64,000 nt of DNA from assembly GCA_963709405.1 (NCBI GenBank), contig CAVPXM010000030.1, forward strand, positions 128,001 through 192,000. Direction: 5' to 3'. The number at the start of each line of letters is the position of its first letter. Within the stretch, counting starts at the first letter, position 1. Below the pieces are notes generated by a model, which saw only the letters and a list, made by a program, of their open reading frames with translations, was not told the DNA's origin and made no database searches. This document shows, one piece after another, positions 33,029-45,395 of this stretch. A program made the translations under genes and the position numbers. Source of the DNA: an uncultured Nitrososphaerales archaeon (GTDB taxonomy: Archaea > Thermoproteota > Nitrososphaeria > Nitrososphaerales > Nitrososphaeraceae).

Positions 33029-33587
33029 TTATTCGTTGACTCGATTCGATACTTGGAATTTAGTGTGCTTTACTTGAACATGTTTCTTATTGGGGGGGGG
33101 AGGTCCAGTCTTACCGCCCTCCAGCATCCTATTATAGAAGTTCTGTTTATAATATCTTTCATAAAAGGAAGTGTGATTTTCCTCTAAATGCATCAGGTAT
33201 TCGTGCACTCTCTGGGCGGCTTCTCTTCCAGATGACATTGTTTTTACTACTAGCGACTTCGTTCAAGGCTTCATCCTTTAATTCAGATATAGACATCGAG
33301 AAGGGGCGAAACTCGCCATGAACCTTGCTACTAAGAATCCACTCGCGACCTTCCCTCTCATTGATAAGCTTAAATGTCAGATTATCCTCTTCCCTTATCT
33401 TCGCAATTTGAGTACCATTTAGTGATATTACAGCTTCCCGCGGTTTCCGGCTATTTATCACATATTCTGTATTCAATCGCTCAATTACTAGGAATAATGG
33501 ATTATGATAAGAATTTATAGCTTTATATGAATCTTTTTCAACCTGATTTCGAGCTGAAATGTGATTATTTTCTATAGTGCTGCCCAA
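33029..33587 (-). pseudogene. Hypothetical protein in two overlapping ORFs (33159-33587, 33029-33238)
   Basis: Overlapping same-strand ORFs; G9 tract at 33092-33100 encodes poly-Pro. Confidence 0.4.
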
Positions 33588-33692
33588 ACAAGTGAGTCAT
33601 TCAGATTAATTCATTGCTACGTCCACTTTTGAAGAGAAAATAATGCCTGGCGTGCAATCAATTAGAAATCTTTTTAATTCATTTGTGAAACT

Positions 33693-34232
33693 GTGCTATA
33701 TAAGGGATATCGTGTGAAGTCTAACTTATTGTTGTCCATAGTTGGCACTAGCCTGTTGTTATTGATATTTGGTATTCCATTTTTGAAAGGAGGTCCGGTC
33801 GAATTTTTTGCTTCAGGTCTGGATCTAAAGCCTGCCAGTGGTAATCACTCGTTGTACATGCTCGCAAATATTACTATAAATGGATTCAACCTACTAGCCG
33901 ATGTTCCGACCACGAACGATCAATTTCAAAAAGGATTAGATATTAAAGATCATATTAAGGAGAACGAAGGGATGCTATTCATTTTCAAACAGCCGGGTAA
34001 ATACCCTTTTTGGATGCATGGCATGAAATTTCCGATAGATATCATCTGGCTTGATAATGATAGTAATGTTGTACATGTAGAACATAACTTGTCACCATGT
34101 GTAATCGATCTTATGTGTCCAACGTACTCGCCGGAAAGAGACGCGATGTACGTGTTGGAAACCAAGGCGGGTTTTTCTGAAAGACATAATGTAAAGACGG
34201 GCTCGCACATGAATTATCATTTGATCAGATAA
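33693..34232 (+). CDS. DUF192-domain protein
   Basis: 'EGMLFIF', 'FWMHGMKFPIDIIWLD', 'YVLETKAG'. Confidence 0.9.
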   Translation: MLYKGYRVKSNLLLSIVGTSLLLLIFGIPFLKGGPVEFFASGLDLKPASGNHSLYMLANITINGFNLLADVPTTNDQFQKGLDIKDHIKENEGMLFIFKQPGKYPFWMHGMKFPIDIIWLDNDSNVVHVEHNLSPCVIDLMCPTYSPERDAMYVLETKAGFSERHNVKTGSHMNYHLIR

Positions 34233-34523
34233 TCAATCTTGGACGAGAGTAACTATCTAAAGACCAGATATACAAGTTGAGCAATAATATAATGACTGCA
34301 GCGATTGACATTTTGATGGCAAACGAATCTATTTTTCGTCTTGGTAATAGCCGACTAAATAGATTAGCATATCAGGATGATGGCACTTGAAGGAAAGAAT
34401 TTGTAACATAGAGTGTATATGTTAATGAAAGTTGATGGTACATGTAATATTGCTCTCAGAAATGTCCTATCACTTGATCCTTGACAATCCTTAAGTAATT
34501 GTTATTAGGTAAGGTAAGATTAC

Positions 34524-35205
34524 ATGGAATTAAAAATAACGGCTGTCATAGTATTCTTGATAGCAAACCTGTTTACAATAGGATTGGTCTCTTTCCAGTC
34601 GAGCATCGTTAATGAAACATATGCAGCGTCCTCGAATGCAACTAATGCAACTAATGCAACATCGAATACAATGCAGGCTGCTCTTCAAAAAGAAGCGCTC
34701 AAATTAACCCCACCATCTTCTTCTAACGATGCTCAAATAACAACGACGAAAAATTCTATTGTTTTGGGAAATCCATCATATATAGAATATATCAAAAGCA
34801 TCCGACAACAACCTTTAGTCCTGAATACTGGACTGCATGCCGTTGGAATGATATTCATAGGTAAAGGAACGGTAAAGGGTACAAGCTTTGTACAGACTGA
34901 AGGCAAAGCATTGATTATACCGTTGTCCCAAGGAATTGCAGATATCGTTGGTGGTGGGCTTATCAGAGCTGCGAATGGAGAAGGTGGGAATGCAACTTAT
35001 AGCTTTAGGGAAATTGGCCATTATAATCCATCAACTCAGACCGCTCAAGGAACTGCGAATCAGATCATGAATGGAACAGGAGCGAGCCATATTTAACGCG
35101 AACGCCACTGGAAGCTTGTCTTTCCTTAGCAATACTGTGGTAATGTTTAAAGATGAAGGTAATCCAAGTGGTGTTAGTACGATCAAAGGATGGGAATGGA
35201 AGTAA
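34524..35205 (+). CDS. Secreted hypothetical protein; frameshift near 35083
   Basis: Signal peptide, NATNATNAT repeat; alternate frame continues AIFNANATGSLSFLSNTVVMFKD...GWEWK to TAA at 35205. Confidence 0.7.
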
Positions 35206-35730
35206 CTATATTAGAAGAATAGAACAAGCCGAATCTTTCGACTTGCCCTTTTCCTATCGGTTTGATTATCATATATTTTATCCTAAAAGCTGGTGTTAGA
35301 TTGGCCTGTCCTTGTCTGTGATCCACAAAATTGAATGAAAAATTAAAAATCGCCTCAGGAGCTGATAGGAAGTCTTGAGTCAACAGGTAATTTCTTCATA
35401 CTGATATTTGCCCCATGAGATAATTAAATAGTCTCATCGTGAGAAGAACTACTCCGGCTAAGATGATTGATGTACTCTTTTTATATGTGCATGTTTAGCC
35501 GTCAACATATTACTCATGAACTGCGAATTGAAAACAAAACAAAACGTCAAATATAGTTTCGCCTAGTCAGTCAGCTGAGCTACATGGGAGGTACAATCGG
35601 TAAATATCGCCAAACAATTAAAAATATGCTTTCAACATAATAGTTTTGATTCCCTAAAACGCATTATTTTAGTTGTGGCCCAGTCCAATAGTTAAAGAAG
35701 GATTAAGGTCGTTTTATTTTCTTCATTCTC

Positions 35731-36561
35731 TCACCTTGATACACTTGACTGCATTGATTTACAGATCATCATTTCAGTGGAAGGACTTTCCGTAATAACT
35801 GACAGCAATAGTAGTTCTATCGGATACAAGATATTACCTACTAAGTATGCCATCCTGTCGCTATGACGCACGAGTGACGTAATGGTACGCCACATTAATT
35901 TCAAAACAGATCGATTCGTATCAATCGGCGCATTCATTAAAACAAACATTGGACGACGCAGTATTACTTCGAAGTTGTTTTCGCGCAACGCTTTTTGAAT
36001 AACGCTCAATGATCTGCTAACTTGACGTGCAGATCTTAATGAATCCTGATGTAGAAAATTATCTGAAAAAATAAAGAGGCCGCCAGGTTTTAATAATGAA
36101 AAAATATTTTTGATGGCATTGTTGTATCTCGAATCATCTACAATATGGAATAATACATCAAATGCAGAAATAATGTCAAATTTATTTTGAAGAGTTTTAT
36201 AGCCCGCTTCATCTCCAATGTCTAGCTGTAAGAATTCGTTGGATGGATACATTGATCTCAAATTCTCCACAGCTACCATTGTTATATCTGTGCCAGTTAT
36301 CCTAATTACGCCGAGGTCTTTCCACAGTCTCACATAAAACCCTGTACCTGAACCAATATCCAACACGTTCACATTTCCATAGTCAATATTCAGCTTTCTG
36401 ATTCTCTGCACGAAGACCCGCTGCCTAACCTTATACATATATTCATTATATCGCCTTCCGAGGCCTTGGAAGCCTGTGCCATGTAATCCAAAATTTTCTT
36501 TTAATCTCCATTCCCAATAATCTTTAGAATTTAAATCGCTCAACTTAGGTGAACAGAACAA
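35731..36561 (-). CDS. Class I SAM-dependent methyltransferase
   Basis: 'VLDIGSGTG', 'FDIISAFDVLFHI', 'LKPGG'. Confidence 0.9.
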   Translation of the reverse strand: MFCSPKLSDLNSKDYWEWRLKENFGLHGTGFQGLGRRYNEYMYKVRQRVFVQRIRKLNIDYGNVNVLDIGSGTGFYVRLWKDLGVIRITGTDITMVAVENLRSMYPSNEFLQLDIGDEAGYKTLQNKFDIISAFDVLFHIVDDSRYNNAIKNIFSLLKPGGLFIFSDNFLHQDSLRSARQVSRSLSVIQKALRENNFEVILRRPMFVLMNAPIDTNRSVLKLMWRTITSLVRHSDRMAYLVGNILYPIELLLLSVITESPSTEMMICKSMQSSVSR

Positions 36562-36656
36562 AGTACAACATATAAAAATCTAGTGACTATCTGATCAACA
36601 TCTAAAAATTACTATCTTGCTCTTGTTGTTGTTAAGATACATCACTTATCTAAAAG

Positions 36657-37497
36657 TTAAGTATGAAATATGCTCTTTATTTTTTCGACCTGTTTTTTTC
36701 TTACAAATTGTCTGAGCTCTTCATCATAAACACAATTATACCCTTCATTTTCTGCCTTATATGTAAGATAATAATAGATCATATATAACGAGCCACGTCG
36801 CCCTGTTACAGTCCCGGTTGAAAAGTACTTGGCGAACCTTCCTAATGCATACATTGGATGATATCCCAGTGTATGCATACTAACTCCAAATTCAAAGAAG
36901 CGATGATTCAATCCTAGAGGCCTTGTATGTCGATACTTTGCTTCTTCTATTACAGCGTATTTGTAACCAAGATATTCTGCCTCATACAGAATAGCAGATT
37001 CATAACCCATTTGTTCAGGATAACTACCATTCCATCTAGTCTTTTCAAAAAAGGAATTTCTTATATATCTACCAGCACCATGAGGCATTTCAGGTTTGTG
37101 TTTAGTATAATTGCCCGATACTACAGCTACATCAGGATTAGAATCCAAATACGAGACGATCCTAGGCAGCGTAATTGGAAGGATATTCTGTATCATCTGT
37201 AGCGATTAGATGATAGTCTGTTCTAACCAAGTTTCTTTGTTTCACGAGCTGTAACGCTGCATTCCAATTCCTAACAACTCTTCTTATATCATATCCAACA
37301 TCGGGATTTGTAATTATGAATAGCTCACTCCAGTTATGTTTCAGTTCTTCAAGAATCACTGGTGTATTGTCCTTAGAGCCATCATCTATAACTATAATAT
37401 ATTCTGGCTTCAATTCTTGATTCCTTAATGAGAGTAGCGCCGACTTGATACTGTCTTCCGAGTTCCTAGATGTCACAATAGCAAAATAACTACCCAA
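36657..37497 (-). CDS. Glycosyltransferase family 2, split by one frameshift near 37180
   Basis: 'IVIDDGSKDNT', DxD 'TDDDT'; contiguous ORFs 37162-37497 and 36657-37196. Confidence 0.82.
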
Positions 37498-37559
37498 TTA
37501 ATTATAGGACTAATGAGTAACATCAATTTTAAAGTTCTTTAATCTTTTGTTACGAGGAA

Positions 37560-38013
37560 TCGTGGATAGTATACCAAATCCGAACGAGTCTTGCCTTTTC
37601 TTATATAGTAAATCTAAGTGGTCTTTGAAATATAACAGTTGAGAAACCATCTCTTCATCAGTGTATCAAACACTGAGCAATGACCTTGGAGCGTTCTAAC
37701 TACGGGCTGAATAGATGATGAACACATGACAAGGGCACCAGCGTGAGCATATTCATATGGCTTGTTTGGGTTGCTAAGAGATGAGCCCAATGCTTCCTCC
37801 ATGGCACTAGGCCTATTGAATGATTGGAGATTTCATTAAACATATCTTGCCTAGATAGAAATCCTTTGTATCTAACCTTATCAGTTGATTTATTCTCCCA
37901 TGATATCCACATGTGTTGCGTATTTTTTTCAGGAATTCAGGCATATCCCTGCCTCTTTGATTTGCCAAGTTCTTTACGTATTGAAAATAAAACATCAATT
38001 CTACAGTAAACAT
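37560..38013 (-). pseudogene. C-terminal remnant of glycosyltransferase family A paralog
   Basis: 'HSIGLVPWRKHWAH', 'SNPNKPYEYAHAG' match the 43336 and 49612 copies; no N-terminal half. Confidence 0.75.
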
Positions 38014-38241
38014 GAATTATATCAGTTGATCCAGCATGCATTAAACATTGTTTATAAAATTCTCTACTTGCAAGTATTATATATTCTTTGTAAAAGTCCT
38101 TTATTCCTTATTTATCCGAGCTGCGAGTGGTTACTCCCTATGATTCATGGCCTTGCAGTTACTAAAAGTTCGCAAGAACAAATGCTACACCAACCCGATC
38201 GAATATATGGAGAATCCGTAACATATCCTCCCGGTGGAGTA

Positions 38242-38761
38242 TTACATATTCTCCGAGTTTACTTTTGCATCTATGGTGTTGGTTTTTTGAGTTTGCCCAT
38301 TATCATCTGATCCATTTGTAGTCGATGATGGCCTGGGCGCGGCGGTTCTTAGACTACGCCGAGTTATCTTTGTAAGCATTTGTCTCATTTGCAGTTTCTC
38401 TTCCTCTGATACCCTTCCATCAATTAAGTCGATTACAAACAACCACATTGTGGCTCCTATTTCATTTTCCTTAAACATGGCATCTTGCTCCACTTTCCAC
38501 TGGCTTTTTCGATGCCAATATCCAATAACTATGCCCAGGGGAACATAAAGCTGCTACGAAAAGGAGAGCAAATACCCATATACTATGAAATATTGGATTA
38601 AATGCTGGGACCTTGTCAATCAGTAGCTTGTACTGGATGGTAACAAAGTTAGCAAAAGTCATTATAAATATTAAATAAATACTGTGGCCATTACGAAAAT
38701 CGAGCCATCGTCTTCTTACCCAATTTCCAGTTGCTTTTCGTATAAGGTCTCTAGTGAGCAT
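38242..38761 (-). CDS. Membrane protein, frameshifted near 38540
   Basis: ORFs 38471-38761 and 38242-38493 join as '..IVIGYWHRKSQWKVEQDAMFKEN'. Confidence 0.65.
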
Positions 38762-38808
38762 ATACGTTTAATGATGCTTTTTACCGTTAAAATATGTTAC
38801 GCATTCAT

Positions 38809-40299
38809 TTAATGAGTTTGGTTGATAACTTTCGCCGTCTGCATCATGTTCGAATACACTCTGGATATAGTGACGATTTCAGATGAATAAACGCTTTTAA
38901 CCTTCAGGCCACGGAGATCAGGACTTTCTCCCTTCAATGCGAATATGTAAGTATTTTGGGATTTTGAATTTCGTAAAAAATTGACCAGACCATCATTGGT
39001 ATTGAAAAAACGAAAGGTTCTGTCGTTTTCAAACTCCAGTTCCATCCAGCCCCTTAAGTGACTTGCTCCAATTATAGTCGCATTTGGTCTAGTATTTTTG
39101 TTGATCCAATCTATAGCAGACAGTAGCTCAGGATTCTCCTTTATATCAACTGAATTGAACTGCATGCTGACTGGTTCGAACGATCCTACATATCCACGCA
39201 CAATATCATACAATATAAATGGGCTACCATATGGTAATGCAATATAGCCGATTCCAATAATACCAAATATCGCTATTGCGATTAAAAGGACAGAATACCC
39301 AGTTTTCAAGTTTCTGGCACGAATCCTTTTGCTAAGGATGATGAACCCGTATCCTCCAAAAATGGAAAGAAAAATTCCAGTCAATATGATCCATCTGTTG
39401 GCAACCAAAGCTTCATTATTTGGAAAGAGTATCCATGAAAACGAACCAAAAAGAGTGATTAGGAGTGCTATTTTTAGGATTTTATTATTACCCTGGTATC
39501 GCAAACCTAGCAAAGATGTCGGCACTAAGAGACCGTTCACAATAATAAAAGAAATTAACAGATTGAATCCATTGTAAGAGTTGGGGATTGTTCCCGAATG
39601 TCGAACTGTAACTGCCTGATGTTCAATAAAACTAAAATTAATAACGTTATCCCACAGATTAGAGCCCGTGAACACGGCGATTATAAATATACTGAAGGCA
39701 ATAATTGAACTCACAAGGGCGATTCTACAATTGGATTTGACGGCATATATAAGTAGAGAAAGCGAAAATAACCCACCAATCATCCTGTCCGATACAACGA
39801 CAATAGAGCATAAGATTAGTGATGATATCAGTTTCAGTAGTTTGTTCTCATCAATGCTTACTCTGTGAACAGCAATTAGTGAAAAGGCGAACAACATTAG
39901 CGATATGGAAAAGACATCTTTGTGCAGATCCCATGACGTACGAAGCACGGCCATTTGTACGATTACAAACACTGATAAGAACGTGCTTTCTGCGATACTT
40001 ATGTTCAGCATTCTTATTCCCATCACAAATATTGAGACAGAAAGCATTCCAAAGATGACCGTGGCTGATATTAAAACGGTAATGTATGGGGACGACCCGA
40101 TAGGTACTTAGGCAATAAATGCAGTAGATAGACATAGAACGGAAATTCGTGCGCGGTAGTATGCCAATGAAAATCGAAATTTGTCACGTACAGGGATGTA
40201 ATAGTTAATAACATCATATCCTATAGGATACGGATATGCGAGCATTTCGGGAACGAGTCTAGAGTACGAAACCAGCTGAAAAAACCAGCGCTGCTGCAC
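38809..40299 (-). CDS. Polytopic membrane protein (GT-C-like, glycan related), frameshifted in the 5' third
   Basis: 'YPYPIGYDVINYY', many TM helices, 'AIDWINKNT' C-terminal loop. Confidence 0.6.
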
Positions 40300-40391
40300 A
40301 GTATTTATCTGTTACAAGCCGTGAAATCGGTGAAATAAGGGTGTACAATCGAGTCAGACGGGTACCAAATTAATATCGTGTATTGCTTCAT

Positions 40392-41605
40392 TCATAGGTG
40401 ATGTGTATCTTTTATCTCACGAGTAATAAACAATTTATACCAAATTTCTAAGCTCAATAATTGAAGCAATTTGCTAATATATCTCGGATCTCCGGTTTGA
40501 TCTATTCTAGATAATGCGTTATGGTACCATTTTTGATCTATTATTTTTTCCTCAAATATTCGCCCTCGTTCCAAATTAGATGTTACAATGTCTTTTCCCT
40601 CATTTGACCATAATGTATTCAAGTCCATGCCAAATCCTATTTTTTCGTTCTCACTGAACTCATGCTTGGAGGTCCGTTTTAGGATAGATCGCAGTGGAAT
40701 CTTCCCGACATCATTTTTAAAATCATATTTCAAATCTGAAGGAATTTTGGTGGAGAGAATTACAACTTCGTCGTCCAAAAGAGGTGCTATTCCATTAATA
40801 TTAAAATGGTTGAAATATTTCTCATTTGTGGGTACAAAATCATGCATTAACTTACCATGATAGTCTGCATACAACACCTGGTCTAATGGTTCTAAATTGT
40901 TGTTGAAATATTTTTCAAATATTTCGTAAATTGAAAACCAATTAAATTTCATCTTTTCTGCGAACATTTTTTCTGATCATCTACCCAATCACGCTCATGA
41001 CATTGTAGATAGATCTGAATACGTTCTAGCGAAGTAGATTTTGATGTAATGGTTGAGAGGTATTTCCTATATCTGAACGTATATCCTGCAAATAATTCAT
41101 CACCACCATCCCCAGTAAATAGGATATTAGATGTAGATTTTGCCTCCTTGATAAAATAATATTGATATATATTCCATCTCGGTTCTTTAATTATGCTTAA
41201 CATTTTGACTAGATCTCTTAAGGGGTTTTCGACAACGATATGATTGAATCCTGCTCCTTTGCTCTCTGATATCTGCTTAGCAATCAAAACTTCATGATCG
41301 TCGTAGAAGCTCTACGCTATAACAATTTATGTCGATAGCTGGGAATTCTTCTCGTATTAGCGAAAATATGAGATTCGAATCTACACCTGTGCTCAATGCA
41401 AGAGCAATACGGTTAGTGTTATTTGTCTCAACAGACTTTTTTATAATACGACGCAGAGTTTTTTCTAGTTCCAATGGAGTCGGAATTGGTTCTACGCTTT
41501 TTCTTTGAGCCGAAATTTGATCCGCGGTAATTTCAATAATTTTACTGTATTCTTTGGATAAGAAGGGTCATATCTCAATGTCAGCAAATTACATAGATTT
41601 ATCAA
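40392..41605 (-). CDS. Asparagine-synthase C-terminal-domain protein, several frameshifts
   Basis: 'LALSTGVDS', 'TGDGGDELFAGY', 'GKIPLR', 'KIGFG'. Confidence 0.8.
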
Positions 41606-41710
41606 CGGTTAGTCGTACTCCTGCTTTTTAAAAAATATATCGTAAGACTTCTGGGGTGCAAATCTAAATTCTAATATGAAGCAAAGGGAATCTATGGATA
41701 TACGCTGTTC

Positions 41711-42035
41711 TTAATTTCTATATATTGATAGAATTTTAATGCATAACAACGATGGCCCTTGGAACTTGGATTCATTCGTTTGTATGCTCCTTCCTGCATC
41801 GCACCTATTTTTTCTGGGGAGTGATATTTCTTTACATATTCTATTCCCTTTTTTTGATACTTTTTGCTTGGTGCTTGTGTCTTGTATTAAAGCTTCTAGA
41901 TCTTGCCTAAGATTCTGCATGGTAGTCATGAAGATCGGTGGTTTGTAATTATCGCATAACTTGGCAGACACGTATGCAATAACCGGCTTTCCAAGTGCCA
42001 TACCTTCAAGTTCGAACGTCACAAACCAGCCAATT
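41711..42035 (-). pseudogene. C-terminal fragment of glycosyltransferase family B paralog
   Basis: 'GWFVTFELEGMALGKPVIAYVS..YKPPI' matches 44379-45395. Confidence 0.78.
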
Positions 42036-42059
42036 TTACGGAATGAGATAGAGCAATTA

Positions 42060-42790
42060 AAATAGATGACATTGCTCAGGGATTATCATTTTTCTTTTGT
42101 TGCACAATGGAATTCTTCGAGGAGGTGGCAAAATTTAGAGCTGCGCCAGGGAGATATATGCTAAAATAATGAAGGATAGCTTTCATGCCAATAATGCAAA
42201 ATCCCAATTTCGGCCAGATATTCTGACAGTTGATGGAGGTGACCTACATATTGCTGCTCATGAATTAAGAACAACTAGGTTCTATGGCGGAACTGAGGAA
42301 AGCACTACTGGTGTGAAGAGGTTAGAGATATTACAGTCAAGGAAAGGCCTGAAATATCCTGCTGATAGCGGTGAATAATGCATATACAAAACAGTTATTC
42401 GATAACCGACTGGCTTGTCTCTATCGGGGAAACAAGTAATAGTATGCGGTGACGGCTGGGTAGGAAAAGGTGTATCTGTCAGAGCAAGAGGGATGAGAGC
42501 AATTGTTACCATAACAGAAATTGATCCCATAAAAGCTCTAGAGGCACACATGGACGGATTCAATGTTAAACGATTATCCGAGATTGCGGCACTTTATTGA
42601 CATCTTTATAACACGTACTGGCAACGGGAGTGTTATTAGATAAGAGCCTACCATAAAAATGAAGGTTGGGGCGACACTGGCTAACGCTGGACATTTCGAT
42701 GTTGAAATAGATATCGATTATCTTTCTTTTCAGGACAATTTTCCGTTTTGGTAAGGTCTAACGTAGACTGCTTTAAATTTCGTGATAAGA
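42060..42790 (+). pseudogene. ahcY: Adenosylhomocysteinase remnant
   Basis: 'VDGGDL', 'GGTEESTTGVKRL', 'VCGDGWVGKG', 'TEIDPIKALEAHMDGF', 'NAGHFDVEID'; stops and an internal deletion after 'LFDNR'. Confidence 0.88.
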
Positions 42791-43335
42791 AACAATATCT
42801 GGTTTTCAATTTTTAAAACATTCTCGCATTTGACAATAATCGTTCCCGTCTGAATACCCTGCGACTTTGATCTAATGTTTAGGATATAGTCTGGTTATGG
42901 AAGATGAAATTCATTTAGAAAAATACCGGACATATTGAGATCATAATGCTGACTGCTGTAACGAATTTAAGTTCATAACCTCTTTCCAGGATCTCCTTAA
43001 TTACGGATTGAATTTTATAATATTAGGCCTAGTACCCGATAACTAGAACTAGCTTCTTCATAATTACGTTGTACTTTTTGATAAGTGTATCCAATCCCCA
43101 TTCCCTAGTATCTTGCTCGAAAACTGGCTTCTAGTCTTCTAACGTTTGATTTTTAGGTAATTGTAACTGAATACAATCGTCCGAACTCGGTATTCTTTCC
43201 CACTCGCTTACTCCCCTTTCCCGAAATTATTAACGCAAAGCAGTTGTTCTGTGGTTAAACTCACGGACAGAAAGATTAGACAAAAATACATTTATAATTC
43301 TTATAAAAGCACACTATATTTCAGTATTACAAGTC

Positions 43336-44497
43336 GTGAGGATCCTACATTTTTCGAATATAAGTTTGCCGTATTGGAGAATTGAGAAAGGCAGCCATCA
43401 GTGCATTAAATCGAGGCCACGAGATTTTTTTTGTAGGAAATGATTCAGTCAATTATAATAATAAAATCTTCTCTAAAATATACAAAATTAATTGGACAGC
43501 AAAGGCGAGATTAGGAATTCCGACGTATTGGTATTATCTAAAAAAGGAGGTGGGAAAAGTCATGAAGGAAGTAAAACCAGACATAGTCCATGCTCATAAT
43601 ATTTTTTCAGCAAAGATGATCTCTGAATTTGGGCTACCATTCATATATGACGATCATGAATATTGGTCTCAATTTTCAAAACTAATTTCTGAAATGGTTG
43701 ATACATTATCTTGGAGAGACAGATCACCAGCGGATACTGTAAGAACAATTGCAATTGGTTTACCTACAAAAGTAAGAAGAACTATTATAAATCGATATGC
43801 AATACATTTGTGGACGAACTGGGAAAAAGAAGTGGTCTCGTCCGCTCCCACTATTACAGTATCTGATAAAATCGCCGAAGGGTTAAGAGTAACAGGTAAT
43901 AGTGATAAAGTCTTCATAGTACCAAATTTTCCGATGAAATTTGAGACTGAAAATCTCGCGAAGCCATACGTCCAATCAAGGTTATCATCCGTTTATGCAG
44001 GGTCTGATGGCCTCAACAAGCAAAAAATACCAAACCGAAATATAGACGGAATTACAGACATATTTATCAATCGAAATATAGGCGAACTTACCATTATTGG
44101 ATGGGAAGGAAGATCTTCGTCTGAGAAGATTAGGTATGCTGGTCTTCTCCCTCGACAAGCCATGTTTACTGAAATGTTCGAACATTCGATCGGATTAATA
44201 CCGTTCAAAAAACATTGGTCACATTTTTTTGTGAGCCCAAACAAAGCATATGAATATGCACATGCTGGTCTTTTTGTTCTGGTGCAACATCTTCTCTAAT
44301 ACCCGTACAAGACACCTTGGAGGACAATTGCATCACATTTGAAGATTACAATGATCTGGTATCAAACTCAATAGTACTTCAGAGACAATCTAGAGGAGCT
44401 CTACCAGAAGAGACTAAAAATATTTGAATATGCCCATCAACATTTGATTTGGGAAAATTATGAGAAAAATATATTTCGTGCGTATCAGTTGAGTTGA
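43336..44497 (+). CDS. Glycosyltransferase (GT4-like, family A), frameshifted
   Basis: GTG 'RILHFS..LPYWRIEK', 'PDIVHAHN', 'YDDHEYW', 'SPNKAYEYAHAGL', 'WENYEKNI'. Confidence 0.8.
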
Positions 44498-45395
44498 GTA
44501 TGTCAGTTTCTATTGTGCTTGCCCGCGAGTAATACTGTTCAAGATCAGCAACTACCTTTTTGACGTCGTGATTCTGAGCATATTGAAGACCGCTCTTGCC
44601 AAGTCTTTGTCTTTCTGATTGGTCTTGCAATAGAGTTTCTAGATCACTTTTGAAGGTTTCTCTTGTTGTCCTATAAATTGGGGGTCGATATTTTGAATAG
44701 AGCTCATCCGACACGTAGGCTATCACGGCTTTTCCTAACGCCATGCCTTCAAGCTCAAATTTGCCAAACCATCCCATGTCCAAACGGATTTTCCCGATTA
44801 CAATATCTGAATTAGCCATTTGTTGGATCAGCCTTTCATAGCTGTAATTCAAAGTTGTAATCACTCTGCACTTCTGCTGATTTTTCAATTCTGTCAATAC
44901 TTGGCTGTAGTAATCCGGAACGCTTGGTTGAAGTTTATACGCTGGGTAATGAATCAATTGTATAATGTCATTTTCAGTCTGTTGTTTATATTTCCTGTAA
45001 TAGTCTAAATTCAAGGCTGTTGGTAGCCAATTGCCATTTGGCGCACGTTCCAATAAATCAGGCGTTGCAACAAGACAGAAGTCGTACTCCTTTCCAATTT
45101 GGCGCAGATCCCCGCCATGATAGTGTTTTAGATATATCTTATCTCTATTTCGTTTCTCCAAATTTTTTTTTAATGAACCATAAGGATAATGGTAATGCCA
45201 CAATTCATATTCTTGTAATTTTTTAAAGAGTTTCCATCTAGAAATAGGTGACCTGTAGTTGATAAAGTTTCCGCCAAATAGATTGCAAACTGTTTTGCTA
45301 AACACAAAAACATCCGTTGTGTGTCCATTTCTTCTTTGTTCTTCAGCTAGAGTGATAGGTACGCCGGCAGTATTATTAATATGTGCTATTTTCAA
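44379..45395 (-). CDS. Glycosyltransferase (GT4-like, family B)
   Basis: 'MKIAHINNTAGV', 'HYHGGDLR', 'FELEGMALGKAVI'; 3' tail overlaps the convergent gene. Confidence 0.85.
   Translation of the reverse strand: MKIAHINNTAGVPITLAEEQRRNGHTTDVFVFSKTVCNLFGGNFINYRSPISRWKLFKKLQEYELWHYHYPYGSLKKNLEKRNRDKIYLKHYHGGDLRQIGKEYDFCLVATPDLLERAPNGNWLPTALNLDYYRKYKQQTENDIIQLIHYPAYKLQPSVPDYYSQVLTELKNQQKCRVITTLNYSYERLIQQMANSDIVIGKIRLDMGWFGKFELEGMALGKAVIAYVSDELYSKYRPPIYRTTRETFKSDLETLLQDQSERQRLGKSGLQYAQNHDVKKVVADLEQYYSRASTIETDILNSTDTHEIYFSHNFPKSNVDGHIQIFLVSSGRAPLDCL

Noticed and set aside
33092-33100. G9 tract as a phase-variation switch
   Set aside because: The current frame is already the longest and encodes poly-Pro; no known function; homopolymer lengths are unreliable in this assembly
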